Below, one piece after another: positions 25,402 through 35,831 of a stretch of DNA of 64,000 nucleotides. Numbering within the stretch: position 1 is the first letter of the stretch; each line of letters begins with the position of its first letter. The translations under genes and the position numbers were made by a program. The stretch is from positions 64,001 to 128,000 of IMG/VR virus record IMGVR_UViG_3300025101_000019; one strand, written 5' to 3'. The notes below the pieces were generated by a model, which did not search any database, was not told where the DNA came from, and was given only the letters and a program-made list of their open reading frames with translations. This DNA comes from a virus.

Positions 25402-25440
25402 AAGTGGGAAAAAGTGGTAGAAAAGGGTGGAAAAGTGGGG
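25402..25440 (+). repeat. AAGTGG repeats at about 10-bp period (MraZ-box-like)
   Basis: aagtgggaaa aagtggtaga aaagggtgga aaagtgggg. Confidence 0.55.
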
Positions 25441-25649
25441 GTTACTTATCAAGGTAATGGAAGAATCGGTTCATTATAAACCAAAAGCATAAGAATATAA
25501 GAATTATCTTTATGATTAACATATCTGAAGATAAATAGGGGTTAACGAGCATAAAAAAAGTCCTCGTCTGAGAACTTGTTTCGATGACTTATATAAGTAA
25601 ATATTAGGGGATTTTACCCTTGTTAAACTTTCGTGGGTAATTAAGGACT

Positions 25650-25874
25650 CTACCCTACGATAATTGTCTTACCTTGATTCCAGCTCTCTATATGGTATCT
25701 GAAGTCGTGTAGGTCGAGAAACTCGTGAACTATTCTCCTCATCTCAGGGGAATTACCATGAATGATTTGTGTGTCAAGATAAGGTTTGTCGTACCCTAAA
25801 AGGTTTTGCTCTAAAATTAAACTAGCGTCCTTATGTCTTATACCATGTAAATCTATTATCTTCATAACATTCAC
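25650..25874 (-). CDS. stand-alone Smr-domain protein
   Basis: IDLHG...IIHGN...NQGKT. Confidence 0.75.
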   Translation of the reverse strand: MNVMKIIDLHGIRHKDASLILEQNLLGYDKPYLDTQIIHGNSPEMRRIVHEFLDLHDFRYHIESWNQGKTIIVG

Positions 25875-25883
25875 ACCCTACAA

Positions 25884-26153
25884 TTATTTATTCCATTCAT
25901 CATTGAAATAAGTGTCGTTTGGGCGTTTAACCTCATCTCTATTGTCTATTATATCATCACTAAAAAGGGATTTAGGCGCCTGATAGAATTTATTCTTCTT
26001 ATCGTCAAATTGGTAAGCTTGAAAAGAAATTGTCTCCAATTGGGTACGATACGCTTGATAAAATGGATTGTGATAATGTATCTTCTTTATACCCTTATCC
26101 GTATGTATCGTTATAATACCTTCGTTATCTATTGTGATTGATTTAAGTTCCAT
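25884..26153 (-). CDS. hypothetical protein
   Basis: ORF in gene string. Confidence 0.5.
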   Translation of the reverse strand: MELKSITIDNEGIITIHTDKGIKKIHYHNPFYQAYRTQLETISFQAYQFDDKKNKFYQAPKSLFSDDIIDNRDEVKRPNDTYFNDEWNK

Positions 26154-26323
26154 TGTTTGCTATATTTACTTTATCGTGTTTTGAGTCACCGCAAGGTTGT
26201 CTTGGGTTGGGATATCTCTCAAAGCCAGAAGAGAGAATCGCATATAAGAAACATTTTGGATTCATTCAAAATTTTCTTTCGACACACGATATCGTCCCAT
26301 CTCGGAAGGTCGATGTACCCTTA

Positions 26324-26518
26324 TTAATCTTGGTTAGTTTGTAAGTCTTTATATATATCGTCTTCGGTAATGTCGATTGACATATCGAATCCTATATGGG
26401 GTCTTTGGGCGTTTTGTGCAAACCACATTCCTACATCACATAGAGAATCTACGATTGACCCTGATACTACTTCTTTAACTTCTTTCTTGCTCTTGTTTCC
26501 TACTTGTTTAAATGACAC
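26324..26518 (-). CDS. hypothetical protein
   Basis: ORF in gene string. Confidence 0.45.
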   Translation of the reverse strand: MSFKQVGNKSKKEVKEVVSGSIVDSLCDVGMWFAQNAQRPHIGFDMSIDITEDDIYKDLQTNQD

Positions 26519-26523
26519 TTCTT

Positions 26524-26925
26524 TTACTCCGATTTCTTGTTTAAAAATAATTGATAACTTCCTTTAATAATATATAGTATTTTTTTTGTTATTGGCGTAA
26601 AGTCATAATCACTTATTTCATCTAAAGTAATCCACTTGACTTTTTGGTGTTCATTTAGTCTTGGTTTACCACTCTTGTATTTGATTAAATACGGATATAC
26701 CATTAACCCATGGAGTTCTCTTTCTGGAATGAGATAATATGTTTTTATCTCTATATCCAACTCCTCTTTCCATTCTCTCACGATTGCGTCATCGGGAGAT
26801 TCACCTTCTTCTACTTTTCCACCAGGTAGTTCCCATTTATTGGGAAATTTTGGGTTTGATTCTAATCTCTGACCTATAAGGAATTTATCCTCGTCCAGTA
26901 AAGTCCCACATACTATCTTCATCAT
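26524..26925 (-). CDS. Nudix hydrolase (MutT/NudG-like)
   Basis: Nudix box WELPGGKVEEGESPDDAIVREWKEEL. Confidence 0.9.
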   Translation of the reverse strand: MMKIVCGTLLDEDKFLIGQRLESNPKFPNKWELPGGKVEEGESPDDAIVREWKEELDIEIKTYYLIPERELHGLMVYPYLIKYKSGKPRLNEHQKVKWITLDEISDYDFTPITKKILYIIKGSYQLFLNKKSE

Positions 26926-27082
26926 TGTCCTTACTATCTTCTCGGATTATTCCGAGGTCTTTGTAGTTGAATGGTAGGTCGTATTTCTTACACATGACAA
27001 TCATCACTTCTACTGCCTTTATCATTTTATTTGTGTTTTTATTCCACAAAAATGATTGCATTATATTGTCATCCATAATCAC
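26885..27082 (-). CDS. hypothetical protein
   Basis: ORF in gene string. Confidence 0.45.
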   Translation of the reverse strand: MIMDDNIMQSFLWNKNTNKMIKAVEVMIVMCKKYDLPFNYKDLGIIREDSKDNDEDSMWDFTGRG

Positions 27083-27711
27083 TATCTTCTTATATTAGGT
27101 ATTTGAAAGTCTGACCAATCTCTACCTTTTAGGTTTTTATTATCGAAGTAGAATGTCCACTCGTGTTGTCCTGCCCATATTTGTTTTGTGAATCCACTCG
27201 GTATAAGTGCTCCACCCTCAACATATTCGGGTTCATTATCAAAGTGTATTGTTACATTCACTTTTACTGTTTCAAATACCTTGGATAAGTCTCGTTCAAA
27301 TCTTTCGAGTTCTTTCCATGGTCCTCTGTTTAGTGATTCGTGTTGTAATGCACAATTTAGATAATTAAATGTTTCTCTGAGTGTTTCCCTATCATAACAA
27401 TTGAATGCTGCTGCGGGTGCCATATGACCTTTGTCATATACATTTGCTTTATAGTCATTATTGTCTGAAGTTATATATCCCTTTGGTTTCCAAAAATCCA
27501 TCCCACTTCTACTGATTTCTCCTGTTGGACACATTATCTTATATGTCACTTGAAGTGGTTGTTGATAATCTTCACTATATACAACATCGTAGAGTTCACC
27601 ATCATAATGTTTGATTTGTGCATTTAATGTTGTTGCGAAACCAATAAGAGTGAAATATACCAATGCGAAATACATCAGTACATTTATAGAGTCAAATTTA
27701 TTGTTTTTCAT
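27082..27711 (-). CDS. DNA/RNA non-specific endonuclease (NucA/EndoG family) with signal peptide
   Basis: YDKGHMAPA, N..LQ...LNRG.WKELE, IPSGF.K; hydrophobic N-terminus ending LNAQ. Confidence 0.88.
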   Translation of the reverse strand: MKNNKFDSINVLMYFALVYFTLIGFATTLNAQIKHYDGELYDVVYSEDYQQPLQVTYKIMCPTGEISRSGMDFWKPKGYITSDNNDYKANVYDKGHMAPAAAFNCYDRETLRETFNYLNCALQHESLNRGPWKELERFERDLSKVFETVKVNVTIHFDNEPEYVEGGALIPSGFTKQIWAGQHEWTFYFDNKNLKGRDWSDFQIPNIRR

Positions 27712-27861
27712 TTTCTTGCTAAAACTTTATACTTAAGTGGTGGTCTGTTTCTCTGATATTGATTCATAGTCCACCTAAGTCTATCTGTTTTTACTATGAA
27801 TATATTATCTTCACCCTGTTCTGGGTCAAGGTAGGTTATTTGTACTTTGTATGATATTTTT

Positions 27862-28380
27862 CTAGCCATCGAATTCTAATTTTCGTTCAAAATATTGGGC
27901 AGCGTCCTGTATTTCAGGATTCTGTTTGATTGTCTGCATCGCAATCATATCTTTCATTTTAGTTGTTGACCATCCATGAGCTCTCGTTGTATATACAACT
28001 CTCGGTGGTAGGTCATCACCTGTAAAAGACTTGTTGATATAATCCTCACCTAAGATTCTTACATCGGGTTTAAAGAACTTAATTAAGTCATAAAGTTCTT
28101 CTTCTGTTTGATATACATATACTTCATCGATATATTGTATTGCCATCAATGTTCTATATCTTTCGTATAATGGTATAACTGGTTTGTATTTCGATTTCCT
28201 ATGAAGACTTGGGTCTTTCTGAAGAAATACTATAAAGTGGTCACAATGTCTTTTTGCTTCTTGAAAAGTATAAATATATCCAGGATGTAACAAATCAAAG
28301 TTACCTGCAACACACCCTACTATTTTTCGTTTACCTCTCATAGCCACATCGAATCGTTCTTTTTCTAAATCTCTATCCAT
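27862..28380 (-). CDS. cytidylyltransferase (TagD-like)
   Basis: GNFDLLHPGY, LGEDY, RAHGWSTT. Confidence 0.85.
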   Translation of the reverse strand: MDRDLEKERFDVAMRGKRKIVGCVAGNFDLLHPGYIYTFQEAKRHCDHFIVFLQKDPSLHRKSKYKPVIPLYERYRTLMAIQYIDEVYVYQTEEELYDLIKFFKPDVRILGEDYINKSFTGDDLPPRVVYTTRAHGWSTTKMKDMIAMQTIKQNPEIQDAAQYFERKLEFDG

Positions 28381-28714
28381 AAGTGTTTAATTGAGTATTA
28401 ATTTTATCTACTAACTTTTGATGTTTATTCAATCCATCATCTGTTAGTGTAGTTTTTAATTCTTCTAACAACTCAACAACTCTTCGTTTACCTCTGACTT
28501 TGGCGAATCCTCTGTTTTCTCTTTCTACTTGATATAAGAGAAATGCGATTTCGTCAGTTTGTCTCAACTTAGTTTCGTATTTACTGATTCTTGAGTCTAC
28601 TATCCTATTATCCGTTGAACTCCAATGTGGAACATATCCTTTGTACAACTCGTCTAATCTACCCTTGAGATACTGAATCTCCATCAGTTTGTTTAGTATT
28701 TTTGTTTCCATCAC
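28373..28714 (-). CDS. hypothetical protein
   Basis: ORF in gene string. Confidence 0.55.
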   Translation of the reverse strand: MMETKILNKLMEIQYLKGRLDELYKGYVPHWSSTDNRIVDSRISKYETKLRQTDEIAFLLYQVERENRGFAKVRGKRRVVELLEELKTTLTDDGLNKHQKLVDKINTQLNTYG

Positions 28715-29350
28715 TTAATAGTTTTGCTTCTTCTTTTTGTAAATCCTTTGGTAAATCTTTATTCTTTACCTTTAGTTTAGTTTCTTCTTCTACTCGGTTA
28801 ACACAATATAGTCGTTGTTCTTTATTTCCTTTACCCCACAACCATCCAATAGTCCCTTTGATTTCTTCAATCTCAGTTAAAATCCTATTTGTGTTGTTAT
28901 CGAGTATTTTTTCATCATTTTTATCTAACTTGTAATTCACATCGAATTTACCTGCCAATTCCAACATCGTTGCCAAATCTTGTTTCTCATATGCCTCTTT
29001 TACTGACTGAAAAACCTCATGTCCATCTTTTAATTTATCAGGATGAGTTTTGGCTGCGAGTCTCTTATAGAGATTCTTTACCTTTGTTGGCGCATTCTTG
29101 AGGAGTTGTTTTTGTTCGTCAATTTCTTTTTGTCGTTCCTCTTGCTCTCTCTTTGCGTTTTCAAAGTGGGTTGCTGGATTTTCGAAATTCGTCTGATTAT
29201 TATCATTATTAGTTTTTACTGCTTTATCGTAGTACTTCTTGAAATAAGAATCAAAATCTTCAGTATATTTATCAAAATCTTCCTTGACATCTTCAAGTTC
29301 TAATTTTAAATAATCTAATTTTAATTTTAATATCTTAAGTTTTCGGTTCA

Positions 29351-29351
<1 letters not shown>
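28659..29351 (-). CDS. J-domain (DnaJ-like) co-chaperone
   Basis: VKNLYKRLAAKTHPDK...FQSVKEAYE. Confidence 0.8.
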
Positions 29352-30952
<1,601 letters not shown>

Positions 30953-31561
30953 TTATTTACCTTTTTTTTGTTTTTCTCTTGCTTGTTTGATTTGTTCTGC
31001 TCTCCATTGTGGTTGTTTACCTCTAAGATTACCTCTTAGATTATGAAAACAGTTATAACATAAAAATCTGATATTATCTCTTTTGTGATTTGTCCAATCA
31101 TCGTCCATATGGTCAAGAATCAATGGAATTGTTCCATCTGTAACTCTTTTCTCATTGTAACCACAATTATGACATTCATGCGGAAATTCTAATTCAGGTT
31201 TATGTGAATTATTAATTAGTCTCTTCTTTAGTAAGAAAACAGGATACTTAGGATGTTTACCATCTAATATATCATTCAATGCGTATTTACCTTGAGTTAC
31301 ATTATATGGTTTCTTAACACCCTTACCTCTTTGATTCTTGTGTAAGTCCCAAAGATTTTTACCTGATTCTTCGTCTTTATATAATTTTGAATATTTTTGA
31401 TATGTAGTCAAGGACACATTTAAGAATCTTGCTGCGCCTGAATTTGACTTGGAGTTCTTCATCGCATACCGAATCTGTGCTTCAGTTAGGTTCAAAGGAG
31501 TTCGTCCTTTTCCTAATACATAACCATTTGGCAATTTAGTACCCTTTTTCATATCCTTCAT
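30953..31561 (-). CDS. HNH endonuclease with N-terminal HTH
   Basis: CHNCG...LDHMDDDWTNHKRDNIRFLCYNC. Confidence 0.8.
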   Translation of the reverse strand: MKDMKKGTKLPNGYVLGKGRTPLNLTEAQIRYAMKNSKSNSGAARFLNVSLTTYQKYSKLYKDEESGKNLWDLHKNQRGKGVKKPYNVTQGKYALNDILDGKHPKYPVFLLKKRLINNSHKPELEFPHECHNCGYNEKRVTDGTIPLILDHMDDDWTNHKRDNIRFLCYNCFHNLRGNLRGKQPQWRAEQIKQAREKQKKGK

Positions 31562-31578
31562 TTATATATAAATATGGT

Positions 31579-31803
31579 CTACCCATATTTTTCTACTATA
31601 CTCTCTAAAAATTGGAATTCTCTGAAAGTTAGTGTTTGTTGATTCTTTTGAATCTTTTCTTTTAAATCGTATAATCTTTTCTTGTCTCTATATGCAAATA
31701 ATCCTTTTATATGTTTTGGATTTGAGTAGACTATATCTTCTGCAACCCTAACAAAGTGAAAGTGTCTGTATAATTCTCTTTTAATTATTTTCATTGTTTC
31801 CAA
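31579..31803 (-). CDS. hypothetical protein
   Basis: ORF in gene string. Confidence 0.5.
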   Translation of the reverse strand: METMKIIKRELYRHFHFVRVAEDIVYSNPKHIKGLFAYRDKKRLYDLKEKIQKNQQTLTFREFQFLESIVEKYG

Positions 31804-32138
31804 AATAATTGTACTGCTAATAAAGTAGATGCCAATACCAATGATACTGCCACCTTTGGTGTTATTCCTTGTTTAAAGAAATATGCGACACCGAATGCGT
31901 ATACTACCATTCCGATTGAAAATCCTAAAAACCTTGCTGGCCATAGTTGTCCATCAAATCCCTCTACTGCGTATTTAGTTCCCCATATATACAAAAATGA
32001 TATTGGTATACCACATATTGCCAGTAGAATTGTATTATCTTTGAACCAATCCCATTTGAATTGTCCGTTTAACTGAAAGAACACTGCGATGTGTCCTAAC
32101 AGAAACCAAACTATACCCATCAATACACTCTTATTCAT
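31791..32138 (-). CDS. four-TM membrane protein (DMT/SMR-like)
   Basis: Four hydrophobic helices. Confidence 0.6.
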   Translation of the reverse strand: MNKSVLMGIVWFLLGHIAVFFQLNGQFKWDWFKDNTILLAICGIPISFLYIWGTKYAVEGFDGQLWPARFLGFSIGMVVYAFGVAYFFKQGITPKVAVSLVLASTLLAVQLFWKQ

Positions 32139-32452
32139 TATGCATTGATTTTCATTAAGATTTCTTGCTCTCTATATAGATTTAGCTTTTCACCATCTAA
32201 TTTTAGTTGAACACCTGTATTTGGTACGATAACATTATCACCTACTTGTAGTTTCATAGGTATTTTTGTACCTGTTGTAGTGTGTATACCACTACCAACT
32301 GCGAGTACCTCACCCCTCATTTGTTCTTTATTAGACTCGGGTTTGTACAACCCACCTTTGGTCTTTTCGTCTTCTTTAATAACTTTGACTAATACATAGT
32401 CATTTAATGGTTGGTATGTTTCCCACCATAGTTTTTTTTCTGTTTTTGCCAT
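32138..32452 (-). CDS. groES: co-chaperonin GroES
   Basis: QPLNDYVLV, TKGGLY, GEVLAVGSG, LQVGD. Confidence 0.92.
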   Translation of the reverse strand: MAKTEKKLWWETYQPLNDYVLVKVIKEDEKTKGGLYKPESNKEQMRGEVLAVGSGIHTTTGTKIPMKLQVGDNVIVPNTGVQLKLDGEKLNLYREQEILMKINA

Positions 32453-32472
32453 AACTTCTTTCTAATTTGATT

Positions 32473-32504
32473 ACAATATACAACATTTATTTGATATTGC
32501 AAAA
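32473..32504 (-). promoter_or_regulatory. Bacteroidota-type promoter for the groES unit
   Basis: TTTTG-N19-TATATTGT. Confidence 0.65.
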
Positions 32505-32513
32505 TGTTTTTAA

Positions 32514-32780
32514 TTATTTTTCGTTTCTTCTCAATATTTCCACAAGCAGTCTTAAATCCTCTAAGTCATTAAATACTATTGATGTGTCTACAATCTCTAC
32601 TTCTAATTCGTCTTCCCATTCGTCTTCTCGATTTGATTGGAGTTCAATCTCACCAATCACCAAGGTATAAAAGGTTGGACTTTCTACATTCTGAAATATA
32701 CCTTCTACATTAATATTTTCATGAGAAGGTTCTTCACGCTCAAACCCTAAATCAATTAGGTCTTGCTCTGTCATTGTCAT
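32514..32780 (-). CDS. hypothetical protein
   Basis: MTEQDLIDLGFE start recalled from small phage proteins. Confidence 0.55.
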   Translation of the reverse strand: MTMTEQDLIDLGFEREEPSHENINVEGIFQNVESPTFYTLVIGEIELQSNREDEWEDELEVEIVDTSIVFNDLEDLRLLVEILRRNEK

Positions 32781-32789
32781 ATTTTCCCC

Positions 32790-32990
32790 TTATCTAACTA
32801 TATCAAAAGATACTACGCCATCACAATCCATACAGAACTCTGTGTCTATTCTTCCTCTAACACATGAATCATGCTCCCAAAGATATACTGGATTCTGAGA
32901 ATCACATTCACATTTAGGACCTGTACAACTTAGTTGACTAAATCTTTTGAGTCTTGGATGTTTAATCCATTCGTCTTTTAAATATATCAT
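32790..32990 (-). CDS. small Cys-rich (zinc-ribbon-like) protein
   Basis: CEC and CMDC motifs. Confidence 0.5.
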   Translation of the reverse strand: MIYLKDEWIKHPRLKRFSQLSCTGPKCECDSQNPVYLWEHDSCVRGRIDTEFCMDCDGVVSFDIVR

Positions 32991-32992
32991 AA

Positions 32993-33358
32993 CTATATGT
33001 TTACATCACCAAAACCACCATTTTTATTAACGATGATTCCTTTGGCTCTTACCTCATCAGGATTTTTATCACTACTATTGTTGATTAGAATTCTCTCAGC
33101 TCTACCGATTCCCATAACTAATTGGTGGAATGGTATTCCTAATATATCCATCTCTTGAATAGTGTCGTGTCTTAGTGACTCAGGTCTTGCCGTAGTCAAT
33201 ACAATATGATGACCTTCTTTGAACCACTTTACCATCTTGTCTACCACACCTGGCAGAGCAACAGACTTGAAAGGGTCAAGGTCTTCGAAATTTACTTGAT
33301 GTACTAAAGTCCCATCTATATCACTAAAAATTGTTTTTGTTTTTATCATAGTTTTCAA
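32993..33358 (-). CDS. HAD-superfamily phosphatase
   Basis: DIDGT, LTTAR, LVMG. Confidence 0.8.
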   Translation of the reverse strand: MKTMIKTKTIFSDIDGTLVHQVNFEDLDPFKSVALPGVVDKMVKWFKEGHHIVLTTARPESLRHDTIQEMDILGIPFHQLVMGIGRAERILINNSSDKNPDEVRAKGIIVNKNGGFGDVNI

Positions 33359-33370
33359 ACTTTTACATTA

Positions 33371-33426
33371 TAAATGTACGACAATTTTTGTTAATTGCCA
33401 AACTTTTAATGTTAAATAATTGTTAA
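33371..33426 (-). promoter_or_regulatory. promoter with TTAACA-N5-TTAACA repeat
   Basis: Repeat 33410-33426, 7 nt gap, TTTGG-N19-TACATTTA. Confidence 0.8.
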
Positions 33427-33429
33427 ATT

Positions 33430-34071
33430 TTACCAATTTTCTCTTCTAAAGTGTTCATCATCCCAAGCCCAACTTAATAGTCGAGTCTCTTCGACATCGT
33501 GTAGTACGATGGTTTTATCTGTCATTTTATCATCATAGAAATATTCATAACCAAAACAACCTACATCTGCGTCAATTACTTGTATGATTCTATCTGAAAA
33601 TATTTTACACCCATTTGCCCATTGAATGTCGGAATAAGTAGCTAATAGATTTTTTATCATTCTTGAGTTAGGTGCTGACCCATATACTGCACAATCAAAC
33701 AAAGTATTATTTTGTTGTGTTGGTTTTAGTCCTGTAAAGAATGTTATATTTTCACCAAGTTGATTCATACATAAATCAAAACTTTGAACTGGTTTTGCAT
33801 CTGCATCAACATAAATTCCACCAATTTCATTTAGTAGTAAACATCTAATCCTATCACAAATGAATGCCCATTTATATAACTCTGGTTCTTTTAAGTAGTT
33901 TGTTAGGAATGGGTCATCGCTATATTTTTCAAAAACCTCATTACCCCAAAGTTTACATTCGTAATTTGGATTTACTATTGGCATCGCATCAGTAAACTCT
34001 TTGATATGTTCGGGTATAGGTTTATCACCAACCCATAGTTGGTGTATTATTTTTGGTATTTTTGTATTCAT
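33430..34071 (-). CDS. glycosyltransferase family 32 (OCH1-like)
   Basis: IPKIIHQLW, DRIR, GGIYVDAD. Confidence 0.88.
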   Translation of the reverse strand: MNTKIPKIIHQLWVGDKPIPEHIKEFTDAMPIVNPNYECKLWGNEVFEKYSDDPFLTNYLKEPELYKWAFICDRIRCLLLNEIGGIYVDADAKPVQSFDLCMNQLGENITFFTGLKPTQQNNTLFDCAVYGSAPNSRMIKNLLATYSDIQWANGCKIFSDRIIQVIDADVGCFGYEYFYDDKMTDKTIVLHDVEETRLLSWAWDDEHFRRENW

Positions 34072-34256
34072 ATTTCTAAATGTCCTAATTTTTCGTGTAA
34101 TCTTTTCATATGTTTACAAGGTGAATATGGTCTGAACTCCCTTGCTTTACATTCACAATCTGTTATTCGGTAATCAGTTACAGTTACATTGTAGTAAGAC
34201 AACTTGCCTGTCTTCTTGTTACGACTACCCATTTCTCTATACTGCCATTTCCTCAT
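34068..34256 (-). CDS. SWIM zinc-finger protein
   Basis: CEC...CKH. Confidence 0.75.
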   Translation of the reverse strand: MRKWQYREMGSRNKKTGKLSYYNVTVTDYRITDCECKAREFRPYSPCKHMKRLHEKLGHLEI

Positions 34257-34524
34257 TATCTATTTTTTTCATTAATAAATCATACGACAACTCAGTTGGT
34301 TCTTGAAATAGAACCTCATGGTCACGATACTCAAACTTTTCCAAGTCATTGGATTGTTCCTTAACTATCTCAGTTAATTTACCTTCCAAGTCATCGGTAT
34401 ACATTACAACATCCGTTGCCACTTCCATCGTGAACTGATGTCCACCTTTTGGTTTCCAATGAGTTCGTCCCTCATGGAATCCATAATTTTCATAATACTG
34501 AGTATCAATTACAATCTTTGCCAT
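34237..34524 (-). CDS. hypothetical phage protein
   Basis: TQYYENYG...WKPKGG motif. Confidence 0.6.
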   Translation of the reverse strand: MAKIVIDTQYYENYGFHEGRTHWKPKGGHQFTMEVATDVVMYTDDLEGKLTEIVKEQSNDLEKFEYRDHEVLFQEPTELSYDLLMKKIDNEEMAV

Positions 34525-34526
34525 AT

Positions 34527-34715
34527 CTAATAAACTATAAAATCCGTTAACTCTTCACCGATACCGACTCCGTTTTTAGTTATCTCATAACTTGGGTCCA
34601 TACCTGAACTAATTACTGAATCAACTAATTGTTGAATCGTGTCAAAACTTTTATCATAATAGGAACAATCTAAACTATACATATTTTTTATTTTTAACAT
34701 GGACATACTATCCAT
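34527..34715 (-). CDS. hypothetical protein
   Basis: ORF in gene string. Confidence 0.55.
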   Translation of the reverse strand: MDSMSMLKIKNMYSLDCSYYDKSFDTIQQLVDSVISSGMDPSYEITKNGVGIGEELTDFIVY

Positions 34716-34846
34716 AGTGAAACATATAACAAACCAAATATACCACCCATAAAAAGGACAGATACAATTGCGTCTATTGGATTTTCTTTTATAGCTTCGA
34801 TAGCTTCTTTATTGAATTCGTACCACTCTTTCATATTTCTTATTTT

Positions 34847-35074
34847 TTATGCGAATGAACCGCTATTGATAAACTTACTAACAACTCCATATTCTTGGTG
34901 ACTCAAAGCGTCATACCAATCTGATGCCACCTCATCTTCTACAAGAGATATTGGACAATCAAAGTCTGGCTTGTTGTTAACAAACGCCGGATAAACAATT
35001 CCTGAGTTGGTATCAACCCAACTTCCTACTGATTTTAATTCTACTAAATTCATAATTTTTAATTTATTTTTCAT
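34847..35074 (-). CDS. hypothetical protein
   Basis: First gene after promoter 35102-35157. Confidence 0.55.
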   Translation of the reverse strand: MKNKLKIMNLVELKSVGSWVDTNSGIVYPAFVNNKPDFDCPISLVEDEVASDWYDALSHQEYGVVSKFINSGSFA

Positions 35075-35101
35075 TTATTATTAACTCTTAATCTTACACT
35101 A

Positions 35102-35157
35102 CTAATATACAACATTTATTTGATATCGCCAAACTTTTAATGTTAAGAAATTGTTAA
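35102..35157 (-). promoter_or_regulatory. promoter with TTAACA-N5-TTAACA repeat
   Basis: Repeat 35141-35157, 7 nt gap, TTTGG-N19-TATATTAG. Confidence 0.8.
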
Positions 35158-35733
35158 ATTTTGAAACGCTTTCTCAACCTTAACATACTCTTTATCGGTC
35201 ATGTAAGTCTTATTGTGGGATAAAAATCCTTCGATTGTACTCCAAACTTGATTTACTGCTTGAGATTCTTCGTTCCAAGAGTTTATCCAATATTCAACTG
35301 AACCCCACTTTGGTTTGTTATTACAGAAAACATAAGATGGAAAATACTTCAATTCAGTTCCATTGTCAGTACAAGTATCATAGTCATTGTATTCGTACAT
35401 ATCAATCATACCATTGAAAGAACCACCTTTAAATATCTGAGAGAAGTTCTCTATTTGTTTGTAAATATTTTCATCAACCGATGAACCATCTGCGTTAGAT
35501 ACATTCACATCAACTGACGAACCACCACTATAAGTTTTGGAGTTACTCCACACTTTTATTTCAGGGAAGTTTTTCTTAACATATTGTTTGATAACCGATG
35601 CTGAATTCTTAGCATTCATATAGATGTAATCTTTTTCTTCAGAATACCAGTTGTCTTGATTCTTTTTGATTAATGCTGATTGTGGTAACTCGTAGTTCAC
35701 ACCTTGGATTGTTAATTTGATTTTTTTACTCAT
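35143..35733 (-). CDS. LPD29-like (large polyvalent protein-associated domain) protein
   Basis: IKQYVKKNFP.IKV..NSKTYSGGSSVDV...GGSFNGMIDMYEY. Confidence 0.65.
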   Translation of the reverse strand: MSKKIKLTIQGVNYELPQSALIKKNQDNWYSEEKDYIYMNAKNSASVIKQYVKKNFPEIKVWSNSKTYSGGSSVDVNVSNADGSSVDENIYKQIENFSQIFKGGSFNGMIDMYEYNDYDTCTDNGTELKYFPSYVFCNNKPKWGSVEYWINSWNEESQAVNQVWSTIEGFLSHNKTYMTDKEYVKVEKAFQNLTIS

Positions 35734-35775
35734 TTTTTATTTATTTAATTATTACTCTTATCACTTATTACACTA

Positions 35776-35831
35776 CTAAAGTACGACAATTAAATGAGAA
35801 ATCCAAATTTTTAATGTTAAGAAATTGTTAA
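35776..35831 (-). promoter_or_regulatory. promoter with TTAACA-N5-TTAACA repeat
   Basis: Repeat 35815-35831, 7 nt gap, TTTGG-N19-TACTTTAG. Confidence 0.8.

Larger units (their letters stand above)
24472..25649. other. 1.2 kb ORF-free, motif-rich island (origin, genome terminus, ncRNA or regulator-site array)
   Basis: No ORF of 60 aa or more in any frame, locally raised GC, several repeated motifs. Confidence 0.7.
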
